A stretch of DNA of 61,497 nt, the filler included, from Choristocarpus tenellus KU-1152 (lineage: Eukaryota > Protista > Phaeophyceae), in assembly GCA_964200185.2 (NCBI GenBank). It is 12 parts of 12 records of this genome, joined end to end, with 100 filler letters (N's around TTAATTAATTAA, not from the genome) between each part and the next. Parts side by side here need not be neighbours in the genome. Positions count along the whole stretch, not along the records: positions 58,915 to 61,497 come from CAXNAD020026548.1; 11 more parts are not named here. The stretch is one strand, 5' to 3'. This document shows positions 61,445 through 61,497 of the stretch, piece by piece. Position numbers and translations under genes: made by a program. The notes beneath the pieces were generated by a model, which worked only from the letters and a program-made list of their open reading frames with translations, was not told where the DNA came from and made no database searches. Within the stretch, counting starts at the first letter, position 1, and each line of letters opens with the position of its first letter.

Positions 61445-61497
61445 TTTCAACGCTTTTTTTCGCGGGCTCTTTCACTTCACTTTACCTACCCCCCCCC

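Noticed and set aside
60176-61475. Minus-strand ORFs over the DDX47 region
   Set aside because: They are antisense shadows of helicase exons and low-complexity intron sequence.
1-61497. Treating the genes in the window as a functional cluster
   Set aside because: They sit on separate concatenated contigs, so their adjacency is not evidence.

Overview
Eukaryotic, intron-rich and repeat-rich genomic DNA, probably from a brown alga or close stramenopile relative. That is an inference from intron structure, TTAGGG-type repeats and the style of the transposon remnants. The window is not one locus: 12 contigs are joined by 11 artificial 100-bp linkers (44 N + TTAATTAATTAA + 44 N), so adjacency across linkers cannot be assumed. 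Spliced genes reconstructed by hand: complete CRAL-TRIO/SEC14 and MAPEG genes; partial EHD-family ATPase, Zn(II)2Cys6 transcription factor, M16A insulysin-like peptidase, DDX47/RRP3 helicase and a coiled-coil gene; and the 3' part of a membrane protein resembling trimeric two-TM channels of the PAC(TMEM206)/DEG-ENaC type, which the ORF track almost entirely misses. Mobile DNA includes Ty3/Gypsy, Copia, DIRS-like, CRE-like and mariner-like remnants, a five-exon spliced Sola1/DUF7869-like transposase pseudogene, and two or three MITE families that share one terminal inverted repeat (about GRGTCAAAGTATCT) with 3-bp target-site duplications. About 20 short interstitial telomere-like repeats are scattered through the window. 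The best candidates for novelty are the channel-like gene and the spliced transposase plus MITE system; neither is proven from sequence alone. All family assignments come from motif recall, not database searches.
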